From positions 1-64,000 of the forward strand of contig JBKHIT010000014.1 in the NCBI GenBank assembly GCA_046538485.1: 64,000 nucleotides of DNA, in the 5' to 3' direction. The notes under the pieces were generated by a model that did not search any database, was not told the DNA's origin, and saw nothing but the letters and a program-made list of their open reading frames with translations. Source of the stretch: Candidatus Brocadiia bacterium (lineage in GTDB: Bacteria; Planctomycetota; Brocadiia; SM23-32). Below, in pieces: positions 59,701 to 64,000 of the stretch (the stretch's first letter is position 1; every line of letters starts with the position of its first letter). The translations under genes were made by a program, and so were the position numbers.

Positions 59701-61597
59701 CGCACGGACCAAACTGCGCGAAAGCTTCGGGGCTTCGTTGTCGGCCCTTTCAGGCGGACGACGCGCCTGGTTGCAGACCGATGCGACGATGATGCACCGG
59801 AATCCGTTTGCACCTGTCTGGCCGCAGTTTCTGCGGTTCGCCCTCAGCCAAAGTTCCGGGAAAAAAGCCGAACTCGATCGGACGTTGTTCGCGCGACTTT
59901 TCAAATCGGACTCCGAGAGAAGCTCTCTCGTGCGCCGCGAGAGCCGCGAAGCCCTGCGGATGGGATTTAGAATCCAGGCGGAAGACCTCCTGGCCCTGGA
60001 AAACGTCTCCAATATTGAGAAATCTCTCGAACTCCAGATCCTGCGCCTTGAATGGGCCGACCGGCAGGACAAAGCCGATGAAACAGCAGCTCGATTACGC
60101 AAAAAGATCCAGAACCTGGATTTCGAAGCAGATGTTCCTCTTGCAGAACTCCGAAAACTGAAAAAAATATTTCACCCCGAGAAATCGGGAGAAACTACGT
60201 CCCCGGATAAGTTGATGCAACAGGCCCGCGAAGTGTATGTTCTGCCCGGACCTTCCGAACAAATGGCAACACTGCTGACCAGCATGGATGAGGTGGATAG
60301 CCGGCTCCAAAAAATGGCCGAAGGACTGAAAAGCGGCGAAGCCGAAACCATACGCCGTTTGCTGGATGATCTTGTCGGTGTGATGAACCGAGAAAAACAG
60401 TTGATGGACGCTGTTTCACGCGGCTTGTGGCTCCGGTTGGCTCTCTTTGTGCCGAAATGGGAGAAAGGACGGCGGCAGGGCAAGTTGATGCTGAAAATTC
60501 GGGACATCCGAGAACGGTATGACTCGCGAATCGGTCGATCTCTGGCGATTGTTCGTCAGGCCGTGAAGGGAAATAGCGGACGGGAACTGGAGCGGACGCG
60601 TCTGCGGGCGGATATCCAGAAAATGGTTTTCATGCACAAGGCGATCAAGGGGGAATTAAAAACGATAGGTGATAAGTTCGCCGCCGGAAAGGAAATCGAG
60701 AAGGATCCGCAGAAGAAGTATCTCCTGGTCGAGGATTTCCGTCGCACCCGCGAATATGTCCGGGTCAGCGAACAGTTGATTGGGGGGACCGGTGGGCCGA
60801 AACTCGCACGGAAGTTTGTCAGGGAGTTCCCGGAAGCTGGTCTCGCACACCTGAGCGAGAACGTTGTTCTTGTGAGCGAAGCCCAACAGCATCTTGTGGA
60901 AGCGCGTGAGGCGCTTCAGGGCGATTCGCCGGACCGAAAAAAGTTTGCAAATGTGCTTTCATCTGTCCGAGAACGCATCGAGAAGTTCCAGGCTGTTGTG
61001 GACGATTCCGGCAGTGGGGACATACAGAACAGAGTCGAAAACCAGCTTCAGGAACTGATCACAAGACTCCAGAAACTTGAACCCGAAGGCCCCGAAGGCA
61101 AAACCGATGTGAAGCGAGCCCTTTTTGAACTGGGGGAGGCTGTCCGACATATAAAAAGCGTTATGCGGGAAATCCGCTCCATCGCCGATCGTACGCGAGA
61201 ATCGGGGCCTCAGTTCCAGGGAGGGCCGGCCGGCATCTGGGATAAACAATATCAACGTGATGCTGAATTCGCCCGGGGCCGGATTGAGAGACGAAGCCAG
61301 CGAGCGCGGGCGCTGGTGACGGCGGGCGTGCTGGAAGCCCTCAAAGAAAAACCCGATCCCGCGCTCTACGCGCAGACGCGGAATTGGTCTTTGTTCCTGT
61401 ATCGGCTTATCCGCGGGGAACTGGCCGGAGTCGGTGGCGTCGAACGTGAACAAGAGGAAGAGGATGAGGAAGCGGATCCCCATCTCGCGTTTCTGCACCG
61501 CGAACTTAAGAAAGCGCTTCAGGCCGAAGAAATCGATTATTACCAGGCTGTCGCGCGCGAGTATCTGCAAAGCGTCCAGGACTACCTGGAGTATTGA
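56750..61597 (+). CDS. 1615-aa DUF4175-like membrane protein (3 TMs, STN-like pair, Ig-like domains, long coiled-coil tail)
   Basis: N-terminal TMs, DEKPTV..RDDFGI motif, PGD.L...L.V.D and a helical C-terminal half. Confidence 0.75.
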   Translation: MGFHVDHLPKSVGRRLKQYHRRKRLFSFARVVMGTLLVLGLLALVTMHIDRFAFLSWNTRMALVIGTFCASGTYGTVSLIRFFIRKPSPRQIAYELESKLPPEVEERFVSLEDILRHTDESVQDEVGEKLLDDLKNSAIAQSGGLAPASLVTDRKARNLFRGCLFLGIVYALFFLPQSYEFGLMGKRFLMPWRRDLPKPSFVKISVSPGSAIFFVEQPQEFHEPRAGEIKAKLQETLGRETQATFEDTSLKKMTGWFSQQMGDKVQVKLLNGESIEDRKVTLDAQGTVRELLSRLCRDMDLAWTGIGEKKVVVGAPARVWFSGKTNSRTSEKFRRELMERLSTNVALNLQDTPAPKAADLLAEQVDIDISFPSEGFETRTVNVQGRMRVQEALFRVAENTGTFWHVEQNVVRGKGSELVLQAESRGRMPAAVKWLVEKLGGSTTKCFIATRNLKEGEFHYGKAEKIEMSRVHRTLFLYSATDLQESFHYRVRYADAQTKIREVEVVKQPEVVDLELTLTPPEKYTTVEKKVLTRPEEGVAFLRGSKVGVSFKTDRPVAERRLEFEGRDEPIVLEAESHAKPVQHDFTLNEKVSCTINVVDSRGFENVDKPTITLIPREDEKPTVQLLYPSGKLRKVPGEIVPMKAVVRDDFGIAKVDIQYYLDPDRKSTAREIDVPLEKKQARELDITPVLDLGETGAAPGDVLLLRLQVKDSGDNYGTSRDIFVRVVPFTRGANERRRIAALQFFRDGLHLLATTKEAPGNGFEIAGDLYSKLQEMAKEHRVPLRDSASMRSLLELLEKEHHFTDQPRHKDDVRRIYGILYAACAASEATSESDGQKRRAALKKLAEEILPPLINYRQVKNLTWRFFGMKYEAENIGSKLEKLAALEKPPAQERKSVQRRAELYLTSLQDLGDELIRLSRRSESLAEEKISPTIGELNTAGYYLRMGSLKARSNSCAKVRALIPDLLVICQRAMPVLQKGETTARTKLRESFGASLSALSGGRRAWLQTDATMMHRNPFAPVWPQFLRFALSQSSGKKAELDRTLFARLFKSDSERSSLVRRESREALRMGFRIQAEDLLALENVSNIEKSLELQILRLEWADRQDKADETAARLRKKIQNLDFEADVPLAELRKLKKIFHPEKSGETTSPDKLMQQAREVYVLPGPSEQMATLLTSMDEVDSRLQKMAEGLKSGEAETIRRLLDDLVGVMNREKQLMDAVSRGLWLRLALFVPKWEKGRRQGKLMLKIRDIRERYDSRIGRSLAIVRQAVKGNSGRELERTRLRADIQKMVFMHKAIKGELKTIGDKFAAGKEIEKDPQKKYLLVEDFRRTREYVRVSEQLIGGTGGPKLARKFVREFPEAGLAHLSENVVLVSEAQQHLVEAREALQGDSPDRKKFANVLSSVRERIEKFQAVVDDSGSGDIQNRVENQLQELITRLQKLEPEGPEGKTDVKRALFELGEAVRHIKSVMREIRSIADRTRESGPQFQGGPAGIWDKQYQRDAEFARGRIERRSQRARALVTAGVLEALKEKPDPALYAQTRNWSLFLYRLIRGELAGVGGVEREQEEEDEEADPHLAFLHRELKKALQAEEIDYYQAVAREYLQSVQDYLEY

Positions 61598-61608
61598 GGA
61601 CCTATCAC

Positions 61609-62760
61609 ATGAAAACGGAAACAAAAAGAAACGACGGGTGTCGGTTGACCACTGAATGGGTCTGGATGTTGACTTTCGCGGTCTCGCTGCTCGGAACCGT
61701 GGCGGGATTACAGGCGGGGGTTTCTGGAGATAAAAATAACGAAGCGCCCACCCCCGAACGGGTTCAGTCGGCCATCAAAGGCGGGTTGAATTGGCTGGCC
61801 GAGAAGCAGGTAACGGAAGGACCGAACGCGGGTAGCTGGCAGGCCCCGCGATACCCCACAGCGGCCAGCAGTTTCGCCGGACTCGCGTTCCTGGCGAACG
61901 GTCACCTCCCGGGTAAGGGAGAATATGGCCCGACCGTCGAGAGAACCATGCGTTACGTTCAAGATAGCATGACACCCGATGGTTATCTCGGTGCTCGGGG
62001 CGATTCAATGTACGTCCATGCCATTTGCACCCTGTTTGGTCTCTCGTACATGGGGATGACCGAGGATGAGAAACACGAAAAAGAACTGGCGGAATGGGGC
62101 CGAAAAAGCATCGAACTGATTCTCCGCGCACAAAAAGTCCAGAAACGATCCGCCGAACAAGGGGGCTGGCGCTACAGCCCGTACTCGGCCGTCAGTGATA
62201 TGTCCGTGACCTCCTGGCAGCTGCTCGCTCTCCATGCGGCCCGCCAGTGCGGATATAACGTGCCGGACGAAGCATTCCAGGATGCACTGGAGTATGTCAA
62301 TGGCGGTTTCGTTGAGACTGGCGATGGAGAAGCAGGATTTGTGTATCGACCGGGAGTGAGCAAACGTCCCGAACCGGGCGTGACGGGGGCGGCGCTGTTT
62401 GTGAAGCGAGTCCTTGAAGAAGAACTCGATCCGCGTGCCCGAAAGGGCATCAAACTGTTGCGACAACACCCACCCTCTTGGGGAGGAAAACAGTACAAGG
62501 GGTATTTCTTTTTCGGAATGTTCTATATGGAACAAGGGCTTTTCCAGGTCGGCGGTGAACCGTGGAGACAATTCTATCCGGCTGCTCAGAAAGTGCTGCT
62601 TGAAAATCAGCAAGGAGATGGACACTGGGGGTTTCCACCCGACAATAAGACCGAAAGTCGCATGGCAGGGGAGGCGTATTCCACCGCCATGGCGGTTCTT
62701 ATCCTGTCGCTGGATAAACAGTATCTGCCCATGTATCAGCGCCAGAAACGACTTTACTAA
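61609..62760 (+). CDS. Prenyltransferase/squalene oxidase repeat protein (secreted alpha/alpha toroid)
   Basis: QW-like repeats GLNWLAEKQ..GSW, EQGGWRY, DMSVT.WQ and ENQQGDGHW. No DXDD motif. Signal peptide. Confidence 0.9.
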   Translation: MKTETKRNDGCRLTTEWVWMLTFAVSLLGTVAGLQAGVSGDKNNEAPTPERVQSAIKGGLNWLAEKQVTEGPNAGSWQAPRYPTAASSFAGLAFLANGHLPGKGEYGPTVERTMRYVQDSMTPDGYLGARGDSMYVHAICTLFGLSYMGMTEDEKHEKELAEWGRKSIELILRAQKVQKRSAEQGGWRYSPYSAVSDMSVTSWQLLALHAARQCGYNVPDEAFQDALEYVNGGFVETGDGEAGFVYRPGVSKRPEPGVTGAALFVKRVLEEELDPRARKGIKLLRQHPPSWGGKQYKGYFFFGMFYMEQGLFQVGGEPWRQFYPAAQKVLLENQQGDGHWGFPPDNKTESRMAGEAYSTAMAVLILSLDKQYLPMYQRQKRLY

Positions 62761-62837
62761 CCGGGCGCAAAACCTGAAAATATACAGGGAGTTCTGAATA
62801 CGTCTTCAAATCACTTTTTGGTGAGGAGACTCAGCTG

Positions 62838-63848
62838 ATGAAACGCAAAATGTCGCTTGCCATTGCCGTTATCTGTTTCGCCGCTGCTGCGGGTCTGGCC
62901 GATGGTAAATGGAAACATATTACAAAAGAAGACGGATTACCCGGTGACGAAATACAACTGCTTCTGCAGGACAAACAGGGGAAATTGTGGATCGGTACCG
63001 GCTCCGGGCTTGCGTTGCGACAGGGGGATGGCTTCAAGGTTTATCTCGAGAAAAAACGCATCTGGGATATGGTCCAGATCGATAAGAATCGCTTTTGGAT
63101 CGGGACCCGCGGAGGAGTTATGTTGCTGCAGGATGGGGAAACAAAACACCTTTTCAAAGGCCACACGGTCGCCCCCATTGTGCATTACAGGAAGAACGTC
63201 TTCTGGGCTATCGGAAAAAATCCCGGCACGCAGCGAAATATTCTTGCCGGGGGAACCACTGAAGGATGGGAACCCATAGAGCCGTTTAAAGGAAAAAAAG
63301 TAGTAGATCTTTTCCGGCAGAATGACGGGACGATCTGGGTTGCTGAAGACGGTAATGGTGTCTACCGTATCGAGCAGGATAAAGGACCCGAAGAAGCCAA
63401 ACATCATCTCAGCGGATTCAATGTGACAGTCATCTCTCAGGATTCCAAAGGAGGGGTGTGGTGCGGGGTCTGGGGCCGAGGGGTCCGTGTCTTCAGGGAC
63501 GGCAAATGGACGGGCCATCTTGCCGATGAAGAAACATACGTTTTCGATATCGAAGAAGACGCCGAGGGTCATGTGTGGGTGGCGACCAACTCGTCCGGGT
63601 TGTGGGAATACGACGGCAAGGATTGGGAAAGCCATCTGCGGGAAGAAGGACAGATTAACATGCTGGCCACCACTTCCGATGGGCGCGTCTGGATCAGCAC
63701 CCAAATGTTGGGCGGACTGCGTTACTGGGACGGCAAGAAATGGCAGTTTGCCCTTGATAACCGACTTCCGTTTCGTTGCCTCCTTGAAACAAATAAAGGT
63801 GATGTTTGGGCGGGTTCGGTTCTGGGCGGGGTGTTCGTTCTTGAGTAA
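62838..63848 (+). CDS. Secreted stand-alone two-component-regulator-propeller (Reg_prop) protein
   Basis: Repeats DGLP..I..L.QDKQGKLWIGT..GL, QDSKGGVW and EDAEGHVWVAT. No kinase or TM domain. Confidence 0.88.
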   Translation: MKRKMSLAIAVICFAAAAGLADGKWKHITKEDGLPGDEIQLLLQDKQGKLWIGTGSGLALRQGDGFKVYLEKKRIWDMVQIDKNRFWIGTRGGVMLLQDGETKHLFKGHTVAPIVHYRKNVFWAIGKNPGTQRNILAGGTTEGWEPIEPFKGKKVVDLFRQNDGTIWVAEDGNGVYRIEQDKGPEEAKHHLSGFNVTVISQDSKGGVWCGVWGRGVRVFRDGKWTGHLADEETYVFDIEEDAEGHVWVATNSSGLWEYDGKDWESHLREEGQINMLATTSDGRVWISTQMLGGLRYWDGKKWQFALDNRLPFRCLLETNKGDVWAGSVLGGVFVLE

Positions 63849-63897
63849 GTTTCGTTTTGGTTTGACATAAACATGTAGCAGAAAAATCTGCGTTGTC

Positions 63898-63926
63898 TTG
63901 ACAGGCGAAGGTCTTACCTTTACATT
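63898..63926 (+). promoter_or_regulatory. Putative sigma70 promoter for the next gene (outside the window)
   Basis: TTGACA-17 bp-TACATT. Confidence 0.5.
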
Positions 63927-64000
63927 TACAAGCGTTATTGTGGCATTTTGTCCTATTCAGCCGTGTGGTTGAGGGTACTACCAAAAGTATTGGTGGTGCC

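Noticed and set aside
61594..62760. Squalene-hopene cyclase / terpene biosynthesis
   Set aside because: It has a single toroid, no DXDD motif and a signal peptide, and sits in the usual MoxR/BatA context.

Overview
GC-rich bacterial window, most likely from the PVC superphylum (Planctomycetota-like). This is inferred from two DUF1559-type prepilin-like genes, Cys-type sulfatases and a MoxR/DUF58/BatA/prenyltransferase-repeat cluster. The first 42 kb is a glycan-catabolism region: two GH42-like proteins, a beta-propeller, a tandem beta-helix protein, a lyase-like protein, three amidohydrolases, a GntR/LacI regulator, GHL10, GH116, two sulfatases, a nucleoside hydrolase-discoidin fusion, a sialidase, an esterase and a DegT aminotransferase. 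It also holds five gene remnants. From about 43.1 to 63.8 kb there is one co-oriented, tightly packed 9-gene cluster: a DUF6067-like glycosidase, its truncated paralog, a MORN protein, MoxR, DUF58, BatA-vWA, a vWA membrane protein, a 1615-aa DUF4175-like protein with inserted STN-like domains and a prenyltransferase-repeat protein. A tenth co-oriented gene, a Reg_prop propeller, ends it. The most striking non-coding signal is a modular mosaic of at least 7 REP-like palindromic repeat families, shuffled and nested in the intergenic regions. It includes a 378-bp and a 241-bp near-identical element that flank the first GH42-like gene as direct repeats. No tRNA, rRNA, CRISPR array, transposase or integrase was recognised. 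All family calls come from motif recognition by eye, with no database search.
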